From a virus, in the IMG/VR virus record IMGVR_UViG_3300025703_000001, positions 1 to 64,000 of that record: a stretch of 64,000 nucleotides of DNA; one strand, written 5' to 3'. Below the pieces are notes generated by a model. The model saw only the letters and a program-made list of their open reading frames with translations, did not search any database and was not told the origin of the DNA. A program made the translations under genes and the position numbers. Positions 56,133 through 64,000 of the stretch are shown piece by piece; position 1 is the stretch's first letter; every line of letters begins with the position of its first letter.

Positions 56133-57936
56133 AACTGACGACTACGCCACTCCTGGTGAACTTGCACTTGCGCTAGATCCGACCACGGTTCAGACTCCGG
56201 CGCTTGACATCATCGACGGCGCATTAGTCGACGTCGAGAAGGCGCTAGACGCCACACTGAAACGCCAACGCCTGTTTGCCAAGTATCGCAACGCTGGCAT
56301 GAACGAGTTTGAGGCCCGCGATTCCGCTGAGGCCGAAGTTCCGACGATTGGCACTGATCGCATGATCGTGTCGATGCCTCCGCAGGAGGGCAAGTCCGAG
56401 CGGTGCTCGCACTATGGCGTGCTGTGGATGCTGCGGCGTCATCCCGAGATGCGCTGCGCGATCGTTTCCTACGAAGAACGCATTGCACAGAACATGTCGT
56501 CAAAGCTCCGTAACGATCTGCTGACGTTCGATGGCGCCGAGGGCAACATCGACCTCGGCATTGAGCTACGACGTGGCAACCGTGCCGTTGGATCGTGGTC
56601 GCTTGAAGGCGAGCGCGGTTCGATTTACGCCATTGGTATCGGTGGCGCCCTGACGGGAAGGCCAGTTGATTTATTGGTCGTGGACGACCCCGTCAAAGAC
56701 TACAAAGCTGCCGACAGCTCACTGCAATCCGACCAAGCGTGGATGTGGTGGATGTCGGTCGCTCGTGCGCGGTTGGCACCTGGCGCGCCGGTCATCGTGA
56801 TCCTGACTCGTTGGCATGAAGCCGACATGGCCGGACGGTTGATCCAGAAGCAGCGCGAAGACGAGGCGTCAGAGCAGCAGTACTTCGACCGTTGGCGCGT
56901 TATTAACATCTCAGCTCAGGCCGAGTTTGACCCAGCGACACAGACCGATCCGCTTGGCCGACAGCCCGGCGAGTTCATGGACTCGGCTCGTGGTCGCACA
57001 CGGGCGCAGTGGGAAGCGACCAAGGCATCACAGATCCCGCGCGTGTGGTCGGCGTTGTACCAGGGCAAGCCGTCGCCTGACAGTGGGGACGTGTTCCACC
57101 GTAACTGGTGGATGCGATTCGGTACGCCGATCTGGAACCAGAATCCCGACGAGACGTTTACTGCGCATGATTGCACTGAGATCATACAGAGCTGGGATCT
57201 TGCTTTCAAAGATAACAACACGTCTGACTACGTTGTCGGCCAGGTCTGGGCGCGACGCGGTGCGAACACCTACCTGCTCGATCAGGTGCATGCACGACTG
57301 AGCTTTACCGATACCGTCGCCGCGATTCGTCGCATGTCTGAGCGTTGGCCGCAAGCAATCGTCAAGCTGATTGAGGACAAGGCGAACGGTCCAGCGGTGA
57401 TCAATGCGCTACGATCTGAGGTCGGCGGCATCATTCCCGTTCAGGTCAAGGATTCTAAGAGCGCGCGTGCTGCTGCTGTGTCGCCATTCATTGAGTCCAA
57501 CAACGTGTTCCTGCCGTCAACAGAGATAGCGCTGTATGACGTGGAAGCGTTTATCGAGGAAACGACTCAGTTCCCGAACGCTGCGCACGACGACCAAGTC
57601 GACGCCATGACGCAGGCGCTCAATCGGTTTTACTTGCAAGGTTCCGGAGCGAAGGATTGGCTTGAGTCGCTTGCGCCGACCCATGACTGTGGCCAGCCGA
57701 ACAGTAAGGGATCGACGCGCTGTAGTAAGTGCGGCGAGGAACTGAAGCCTGACGAGACGGTTGATGCTGAGCCTGAAGAGTTCTCGCTGACTAGCGGTAT
57801 AAATGACCCGACCAAACCTAAGCCACCCGACGAACTGACTGGCTTCAACAAAACCGTGTCGGACGCCATCGCACAATACGGCCCGTCCGGTTCTGGCGGT
57901 TTCGATCCTTTCGCACGCAAGTCATGGCAACGATAA
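56086..57936 (+). CDS. terL: Terminase large subunit
   Basis: MPPQEGKS, VVDDPVK, LTRWHEAD, SWDLAF, IEDKANG, HDDQVDA. Confidence 0.95.
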   Translation: MVSNLVASKLSAQSVRTDDYATPGELALALDPTTVQTPALDIIDGALVDVEKALDATLKRQRLFAKYRNAGMNEFEARDSAEAEVPTIGTDRMIVSMPPQEGKSERCSHYGVLWMLRRHPEMRCAIVSYEERIAQNMSSKLRNDLLTFDGAEGNIDLGIELRRGNRAVGSWSLEGERGSIYAIGIGGALTGRPVDLLVVDDPVKDYKAADSSLQSDQAWMWWMSVARARLAPGAPVIVILTRWHEADMAGRLIQKQREDEASEQQYFDRWRVINISAQAEFDPATQTDPLGRQPGEFMDSARGRTRAQWEATKASQIPRVWSALYQGKPSPDSGDVFHRNWWMRFGTPIWNQNPDETFTAHDCTEIIQSWDLAFKDNNTSDYVVGQVWARRGANTYLLDQVHARLSFTDTVAAIRRMSERWPQAIVKLIEDKANGPAVINALRSEVGGIIPVQVKDSKSARAAAVSPFIESNNVFLPSTEIALYDVEAFIEETTQFPNAAHDDQVDAMTQALNRFYLQGSGAKDWLESLAPTHDCGQPNSKGSTRCSKCGEELKPDETVDAEPEEFSLTSGINDPTKPKPPDELTGFNKTVSDAIAQYGPSGSGGFDPFARKSWQR

Positions 57937-57949
57937 AGGAGATTCAGCG

Positions 57950-58213
57950 GTGACCGAGATGACGTTTGGTGCCGAAAACTGCAAAGGCGCTACGAGCGAT
58001 CTGACCGGCAATCACTACACGGCAGACAGACGCGGCATGATTAACGTGACAGATTCGCGTGACGTGGCGTTCTTCAAGCGAAACGGCTTCAGCGTCGCTG
58101 GCGGCATGCCGCGCATGAGTAAGTTCTGGGTCTGCGATGACTGCTCGTGGGAAGCCACCGTCAACCACTGCCGCTACTGCGACTCGGAGAACTTGCGTAA
58201 AGTCGAAGCGTGA
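57950..58213 (+). CDS. Hypothetical protein with C-terminal zinc ribbon
   Basis: AAGGAG RBS; CDDC...CRYC. Confidence 0.65.
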   Translation: MTEMTFGAENCKGATSDLTGNHYTADRRGMINVTDSRDVAFFKRNGFSVAGGMPRMSKFWVCDDCSWEATVNHCRYCDSENLRKVEA

Positions 58214-58216
58214 CAC

Positions 58217-59110
58217 ATGAGTACGCTCGTTATCGGCGGCACAGGTTACATCGGTAGCGCCTTAGTCCACCATCTGCTAGTCACTGACCATTACGCGAAG
58301 GTCATTGATATCGGCATTCGTGGTAACCCTGGCAACATTCGCAGTCAGGCGATTGACTACGCCGATATGTCACAAGGTCTGATCCAGGCTTACGACGACA
58401 TCATCCTGCTGGCGGCACACTCGTCGGTCCAATCCGCTACCGCCGATCCCGTCAGAGCGTTTCGCAACAACGTGGTGGCGTTTGAACGGTTGTTGCGCCA
58501 TATGCGGCCAAGCCAACGGTTGATCTACGCTAGTAGCTCTAGCATCTACTCCGGCGTTGGCGCAACGGCTGCGAGCGAAGACCTGAACGTCGGATCGAAC
58601 TGGTATGACGCCAGCAAGCTGATGGACGACATGATCGCCAGTCTGTCCGGCAAGCGCACGTACGGATTACGGTTTGGCACCGTTTGCGGCGTGTCGCCGA
58701 ATCAACGCCTGGACATTATGTTGCCGAAGATGGTTGATACTGCCATCAACGACGGATATGTGCGAATCGCCAACCCCAAAATTCAACGTCCGATCCTCGG
58801 ACTCAACGACCTCTGTCGGTCCATTACTGCGATCCTCGATGGTGACGGCGAGCCTGGCATCTACAACCTCGCATCATTCAACGACCGCGTCGACCACCTT
58901 GGCGCAGTTGTTGCAGCCGCACTTGACGTGCCGCTCATTCTGGGCGAACCATCGCCTTGTTACGATTTCACTATTTCTTCAGCCAAGTTTGAGAACGAGT
59001 ACAACTTCACGTTCTCTGAGACAGCCGAGTCGATAACGGAATCGTTGGTGAGTGCGTATGGTGGAGACCGAACAGTGCAAGCCGATGCGGCACTGTCTGG
59101 CGTGCGGTAG
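58217..59110 (+). CDS. NAD-dependent sugar epimerase/dehydratase
   Basis: GGTGYIG, YASSSS, YDASK, LRFGTVCG. Confidence 0.92.
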   Translation: MSTLVIGGTGYIGSALVHHLLVTDHYAKVIDIGIRGNPGNIRSQAIDYADMSQGLIQAYDDIILLAAHSSVQSATADPVRAFRNNVVAFERLLRHMRPSQRLIYASSSSIYSGVGATAASEDLNVGSNWYDASKLMDDMIASLSGKRTYGLRFGTVCGVSPNQRLDIMLPKMVDTAINDGYVRIANPKIQRPILGLNDLCRSITAILDGDGEPGIYNLASFNDRVDHLGAVVAAALDVPLILGEPSPCYDFTISSAKFENEYNFTFSETAESITESLVSAYGGDRTVQADAALSGVR

Positions 59111-60275
59111 CGGACGGCTTGTCACGTATTGCGATTTGGGCGAGCAGCCGCTTGCTAATTCGTATCATGACGGCACTGTTGATCTGCCGGAGTTCCCGCT
59201 TGCGATCAACGTCTGTGAGGTGTGTTGGCATAGTCAGCTCACGCATTCGGTTGCGCCGGAGCTACTGTTCAAGGATTACGCATACGTCAGCGGCACGACT
59301 GCAACGCTGTCAGATTACTTCGACGGCTTCGTTCAGAAAGTCATTGACGAGTTCCCGTATCGTTGCTTGTCTGTCATGGATATAGCGGGGAACGACGGCA
59401 GTCTGCTGAGCAAGTTCGGAGCGAAGGGGCATGACGTTCTCAATGTTGACCCGGCCGCGAATCTAACGGCGATCTCTGAAGCGAACGGCGTGACAACGCT
59501 GTGCGAATTCTGGACGGTTGACACGCCGAACATCATCGGCAAGAAGTACGATGCGCTGATTGCGATGAACGTTCTCGGGCACGTCAGTAACCCTCACGGA
59601 TTTCTAATCGGCTGCCGAAATGCGCTGGCTGATGGTGGGCGTCTGTGGGTGCAGACGAGTCAGTGTCGATGGTTACAAAACGGCGAGTTTGATTGTGCAT
59701 ATATGGAACACGCGTCGTATTTTTCGGCGCTGTCGTTTCTGACGCTGGCTGCCAGATCGGGACTTACTGTTCTGTCGGTTGACATTCCTACGATCCATGG
59801 GAGCAGCTACCTGTGGAAGCTCGGCCTCGATGGCAATCCCGATCCAAGCGTTGACGCACTCTTGGACTACGAGAACGACTGCGGATTGTATGAGTCCGAC
59901 ACTTACGTTCACTTTGGTGCTAAAGCCGCAGCAACCGCAACGTGGTTGTATCAGGTAGTCGATGAGTACCGTGACGCTGGTTATTCGTGTGTTGGGTATG
60001 GGGCGGCGGCTAAGGCCATGACCATGCTGAACTTCAGCCAGGTTAACCTTGACTGGATCGTGGACGACAATCCTATGAAGCAGGGATCGTTCACCCCTGG
60101 CGGCAATACTCCGATCGTGGGTGTTGATTTTCTGGAGCGTATCAAGACTCCGCTGTGCATCGTGATCACGGCATGGAACTTCAGTCGGGAAATCGTGCAG
60201 CGGATTCGTGCGGTGCGTCAGAATGACGATGACGTTTTCGTGCGATATTTTCCTAATAGAGAGATATGGCAGTAA
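59058..60275 (+). CDS. NDP-sugar C-methyltransferase (TylCIII/EryBIII-like)
   Basis: CLAC...LGEQPLANSY...CEVC zinc site, DIAGNDG, EHASYF, IHGSS, GYGAAAKA, VDDNPMKQG, AWNF. Confidence 0.92.
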   Translation: MVETEQCKPMRHCLACGSGRLVTYCDLGEQPLANSYHDGTVDLPEFPLAINVCEVCWHSQLTHSVAPELLFKDYAYVSGTTATLSDYFDGFVQKVIDEFPYRCLSVMDIAGNDGSLLSKFGAKGHDVLNVDPAANLTAISEANGVTTLCEFWTVDTPNIIGKKYDALIAMNVLGHVSNPHGFLIGCRNALADGGRLWVQTSQCRWLQNGEFDCAYMEHASYFSALSFLTLAARSGLTVLSVDIPTIHGSSYLWKLGLDGNPDPSVDALLDYENDCGLYESDTYVHFGAKAAATATWLYQVVDEYRDAGYSCVGYGAAAKAMTMLNFSQVNLDWIVDDNPMKQGSFTPGGNTPIVGVDFLERIKTPLCIVITAWNFSREIVQRIRAVRQNDDDVFVRYFPNREIWQ

Positions 60276-61006
60276 CGCTCATCACCCACTGGTGGAACGA
60301 GCAGCTCCTCACACCGTTCTTTATCAGGCACCATCTGCCGCTAGTGGACCATGCGATCGTCATTGACTACGCATCCACAGATCGCAGCATGGATATCGTT
60401 CGTGAGCTTGCGCCGGATTGGGAGATCCGCCAGTCACGCAATTCATGTTTCCGGGCGTCCGACTGCGACCAAGAGGTCATGGACATAGAGCGTGGCGTGT
60501 CGGGTTGGAAGATCGCACTAAACGCAACCGAGTTTGTCTGTGGTGACGCGCGCCAAGCGTGCGACACGCTAGACGCCCAGGGCTACGCCGCTGCCGTCGT
60601 TCGTGGCGTCGCCATGGTGGACATGCAAGAGCGTGTCAACCTTGACCACGATGCCGAGCTGACCGACCAGTGTTGGTACGGCTACACGGATGGACCGAGT
60701 ATCGGTTATAAGAGTCGGTTACTCCATCGTCACGCTGACGGCAACTACGCCACTGGGCGTCACGAGACTTACCACAACGATGTGAAAGTCTACGCCGATG
60801 GGCTGCTGTGCAAGTGGTTTGGGTTTGCTCCGTGGTGCCAGCCATTGAGAGATCGCAAGCTCGCAATCCAACAGCAGATTCCGAACGACGATCGGATTGC
60901 TGGGCGTGGCTTTCAGCACCTGATTGACGAAGCGCAGTTGAACAACATGTGGTCGCAAGAGAAAGCCTTTGCTGGCGACCTCCGCAACAACCCAGACTTC
61001 TTCTGA
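60266..61006 (+). CDS. Glycosyltransferase, GT2-like
   Basis: WWNEQLL..FFIRHH, IDYASTDRS, GRH; DxD-like site reads NATE. Confidence 0.8.
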   Translation: MAVTLITHWWNEQLLTPFFIRHHLPLVDHAIVIDYASTDRSMDIVRELAPDWEIRQSRNSCFRASDCDQEVMDIERGVSGWKIALNATEFVCGDARQACDTLDAQGYAAAVVRGVAMVDMQERVNLDHDAELTDQCWYGYTDGPSIGYKSRLLHRHADGNYATGRHETYHNDVKVYADGLLCKWFGFAPWCQPLRDRKLAIQQQIPNDDRIAGRGFQHLIDEAQLNNMWSQEKAFAGDLRNNPDFF

Positions 61007-61028
61007 CCGCTCACAAAAAGGGAGCAGC

Positions 61029-61895
61029 GTGTCAACCATACTCCTGACCGGAGCGCGCGGGATGTTGGGTAGCGCCGTAGTGCCGTACTTGCAGAAATGC
61101 GGCCACGATGTCATCCCAACCGACATCACAGAACTAGATGTGCGTGATTGTGCAGACGTTGCTAGCGGATTCAACGCTGCCCGTCCAGAGATCGTCCTGC
61201 ACCTCGCAGCGGAAACGTCGCTGGAGAAGTGCGAGGAAGATCCTGACCACGCTTGGTTGACCAACGCTATCGGGACGAAGAACGTGGCGCTGGAGTGTCG
61301 GCGCCGTGGTGTGCCGATGGGATACATCTCGTCGGCCGGAATCTTCGACGGCGAGAGCGACGAACCGTACACGGAATTTGATACCCCATCACCGATCAAC
61401 GTCTACGGTGCCAGCAAACTGCAAGGCGAGCACTACGTTCGGCAATGGGTCGATCAGCACATAATCATGAGGGCCGGATGGATGATGGGCGGCGGTCCAC
61501 ATCTCGACCACAAGTTCGTGCACCACGTACTAACCCAGATCAACGAAGGCTGCGACACGATCGTGGCCGTCATTGACAAGGTGGGCAGCCCCACCTATGC
61601 GCCCGACTTCGCCGCCGTCATTGAACGACTGATCACGTCAGACGATTACGGCACTTACCATACGGTCAGCGAAGGCCAATGCACCCGCTATGACGTGGCA
61701 CGCGCAATCCTTGAGATCCTTGGCCGTGACGATATTGCGCTGAAGCCTGCGAGTAGTCAGTTCTTTGCGACAACCTTCCATGCGCCGCGTCCTCCGAGTG
61801 AGGCGATGCGGAACTATGTGTTGGAACTCACGGGGCAAAATTCTATGCGGCCGTGGCGGGACGCATTGGAAGAGTACCTGAAGGACTGGGCGTGA
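61029..61895 (+). CDS. dTDP-4-dehydrorhamnose reductase-like protein (RmlD/RfbD family)
   Basis: GARGMLG, LHLAA, YGASK, GSPTY, APRP, WRDAL. Confidence 0.9.
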   Translation: MSTILLTGARGMLGSAVVPYLQKCGHDVIPTDITELDVRDCADVASGFNAARPEIVLHLAAETSLEKCEEDPDHAWLTNAIGTKNVALECRRRGVPMGYISSAGIFDGESDEPYTEFDTPSPINVYGASKLQGEHYVRQWVDQHIIMRAGWMMGGGPHLDHKFVHHVLTQINEGCDTIVAVIDKVGSPTYAPDFAAVIERLITSDDYGTYHTVSEGQCTRYDVARAILEILGRDDIALKPASSQFFATTFHAPRPPSEAMRNYVLELTGQNSMRPWRDALEEYLKDWA

Positions 61896-62575
61896 GAACC
61901 GCTTCGGTGGTCGTGCCCATCTGGGGCGACCCGGCGCTCACCGATCAATGCCTGACCGAACTGACACGCACGTCTCCAGAAGCCCGCGTGATTGTCGTGG
62001 ATAACACGAACTCATACGTTGTGCCCGATGGTGCGCGTTGTGATCTGTTCCCGCAGTCAGTGAATATTGGGTGCGCTCCAGCCAAGGCGCTTGGTGCGTC
62101 ACATGCCGATACTGACATTGTGATCTTCATGGACTGCGACGCCTACCCGCATGACGGATGGCTGTCGCCGCTGCTAGACGTGTTTGATGACGAGACCGTT
62201 GGCATGGCTGGCCCTCGCATCCTGAACCGTGACGGTAGCATCCAAACCGCTTGCATCCGTACGTGGCATGGCATCGGTCACGCGGGCGGCGAGAACCGCA
62301 GCGATGAACACTTAGCGAACACCGAAGAACTCGGCGCTACGGGCGCGGCGATGGCAGTGCGGCGAACTGCGCTATTGCAATGTCCCATTGATATTGCTTT
62401 TCAGCGAACTTACGATGACGTGGATTTGTCACTTCAGTTCCTTGAGGCTGGCTGGAAGATCGCCTACGTACCACAGAGCAACGTGACGCATGGCTCGGTT
62501 AGCACCGGACCCGAGCGTTGGGAAAACGTTCATGGCTACATCGCCCTGATGAACCAGAAATGGGGATCGCGGTGA
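61892..62575 (+). CDS. Glycosyltransferase family 2
   Basis: SVVVP, VIVVDN, FMDCDA, TGAAM, DDVDLS. Confidence 0.88.
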   Translation: MRTASVVVPIWGDPALTDQCLTELTRTSPEARVIVVDNTNSYVVPDGARCDLFPQSVNIGCAPAKALGASHADTDIVIFMDCDAYPHDGWLSPLLDVFDDETVGMAGPRILNRDGSIQTACIRTWHGIGHAGGENRSDEHLANTEELGATGAAMAVRRTALLQCPIDIAFQRTYDDVDLSLQFLEAGWKIAYVPQSNVTHGSVSTGPERWENVHGYIALMNQKWGSR

Positions 62576-63249
62576 GCACCTACTGCTTCACCATCAGAGT
62601 AGATGGCCGTCGTCAGCACATTGAAGAGACAATGGCATCCGTTGAACGCTTCATTCGTGACAACGTCAAGTTTGATGCTGGTTACATCATTGACGACAGC
62701 GGTGACCCCGAGTTCCAGTCCTGGCTCCGCGAGACATTCCCATGGTTGACGCTCGTGGCACACCCCGAACGCAGCGGTCTCGGCGGGTGTTTCCAGTCGA
62801 TGCTGGAAACGTTCGTCGCCAGTGGTTGCGATTACGTGTTTGCGGTTGAGGACGACACGCCCCTGATCGGTGAGATTGACCTGGCAGACATGGCCGCAGT
62901 GTTGCAGTCGAGATCCAACCTGGCACAGCTCATGCTGATGCGGCCGCCGTTCAACACTGAAGAGATCGCAGCTGGTGGCGTGTACGCCATGTCGCCGGAT
63001 GACTATATCGAACGCACGGACGACGTTCATACGTGGGTAGAGCATGAGCGCCACTTTGGCTTCCAGCCATTTCTGGCTACCCGCGATGTCGCACAGTACG
63101 TTCTCGACAGCGCCACAAACTTCCTAGAGCTAGGCGTCACCGAGCCACTTAAGGCCGCAGCGTTTACGTTCGGCTACTGGGGTGGTCTGAACGATCCGCC
63201 GCTGTGCTCACACGCTGGACTGGTCCGTAGCAGCGGGTATCGCTGGTGA
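62572..63249 (+). CDS. GT-A fold glycosyltransferase
   Basis: IIDDSGD, YVFAVEDD, LAQLMLMRPP, HAG. Confidence 0.8.
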   Translation: MSTYCFTIRVDGRRQHIEETMASVERFIRDNVKFDAGYIIDDSGDPEFQSWLRETFPWLTLVAHPERSGLGGCFQSMLETFVASGCDYVFAVEDDTPLIGEIDLADMAAVLQSRSNLAQLMLMRPPFNTEEIAAGGVYAMSPDDYIERTDDVHTWVEHERHFGFQPFLATRDVAQYVLDSATNFLELGVTEPLKAAAFTFGYWGGLNDPPLCSHAGLVRSSGYRW

Positions 63250-63827
63250 CGGTATCCATTATCGGTGCGGGCAACCATTCGATTGACATCCAAGAGATTT
63301 GGCATCGTGCACGTGGCGATAAAACGCTCACCGTCTATGATGACGACTCGCCGGAATATCCCAAGCCGCCAAAAGATCTCACTGGACGAATTCTCATCGG
63401 CGTTAACGACCCGCACCTCCGGCGTAAGATCGCCAACAAATGGAGTCATTTAAAGGCCGCAGCGCCACTGATTGACCCATCCGCTGTCCTTGGCGGCGAT
63501 ATTGCTATTGACCGTGGGTCTGTGGTAGCACCATTGGCCTCCCTGCTTGCGTCTGTGGCATTAGAATCTCATGTTCACATCAACACCCTAGTTAGTATTA
63601 CGAGGGCTGAGATCGGCGCCTACAGCACGGTGTCTCCTGGAGCCACGATCTGTGGGAACGTAACGATCGGCACCGAGTGCTACATCGGGGCGAACGCAAC
63701 GATCTGTGAGCGGGTCCGCATTGCCAATAACGTCATTATCGGCGCGGGTGCTGTAGTGACTCCATACTCGGTTGTGCCGGAAGGTACGGTCGTGAAGGGC
63801 GTCTGGGGTCACAGTGGACCGCGCTGA
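63246..63827 (+). CDS. Sugar acetyltransferase, NeuD/PglD hexapeptide-repeat family
   Basis: IIGAGNH, LIDPSA, VTIGTECYIGANA, IIGAGAVV. Confidence 0.88.
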   Translation: MTVSIIGAGNHSIDIQEIWHRARGDKTLTVYDDDSPEYPKPPKDLTGRILIGVNDPHLRRKIANKWSHLKAAAPLIDPSAVLGGDIAIDRGSVVAPLASLLASVALESHVHINTLVSITRAEIGAYSTVSPGATICGNVTIGTECYIGANATICERVRIANNVIIGAGAVVTPYSVVPEGTVVKGVWGHSGPR

Positions 63828-64000
63828 GTACATCACCACCGGCGCAAACTCCGTCGCTGGTTGGTTTCAGCCGAGAGACAGGGTTCTCTTTGACGTTATC
63901 GACGCCAAACAGCGTGAACTCGGCATAACCGGCGACCTGCTAGAGATCGGCTGCTATCAAGGTTGTAGCGCCATCCTGCTCGGCTACATGCGCCAGCCGA
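63814..64000 (+). CDS. Class I SAM-dependent methyltransferase (3' truncated)
   Basis: GTG 63814: MDRAEY...VAGWF...GDLLEIGCYQGCSA, open to the window end. Confidence 0.75.
   Translation, partial: MDRAEYITTGANSVAGWFQPRDRVLFDVIDAKQRELGITGDLLEIGCYQGCSAILLGYMRQP

Noticed and set aside
1-64000. Integrase, att site, tRNA genes, reverse transcriptase or diversity-generating retroelement
   Set aside because: None recognised by eye; lifestyle cannot be determined from this window

Overview
The window is a 64-kb segment of a tailed (siphovirus-like) phage of an Actinomycetota host, judged from WhiB, Lsr2-like, Rpf-like and Pup-like genes and several leaderless sigma-70-type promoters. Layout: 1-14.7 kb (+) virion genes (GH26-like protein, head-tail connectors, major tail protein, frameshifting tail chaperone, tape measure, minor tail proteins); 15.9-18.1 kb (+) exonuclease, peptidases and holin ending at a bidirectional terminator; 18.2-44.9 kb (-) a dense arm of small early genes including Rpf-like, endonuclease VII, HAD, a second GH26, AAA ATPase, ADP-ribosyltransferase, GroES, DNA methyltransferase and a Pup-like fusion; 45-52 kb (+) Lsr2-like, nucleotide-pool, WhiB and replication genes with a probable origin; 54-58 kb HNH and terminase; 58.2-64 kb (+) an 8-gene sugar synthesis/transfer cluster running off the end. 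Portal, capsid and integrase were not recognised. Best leads: a Pup mimic lacking the conjugation tail, a terminase-linked branched-sugar glycosylation cluster, a tail gene split by an antisense promoter-bearing mini-gene, an orphan tail-chaperone extension paralog, and an Rpf gene with a structured leader. All calls come from motif recognition by eye; no searches were run.
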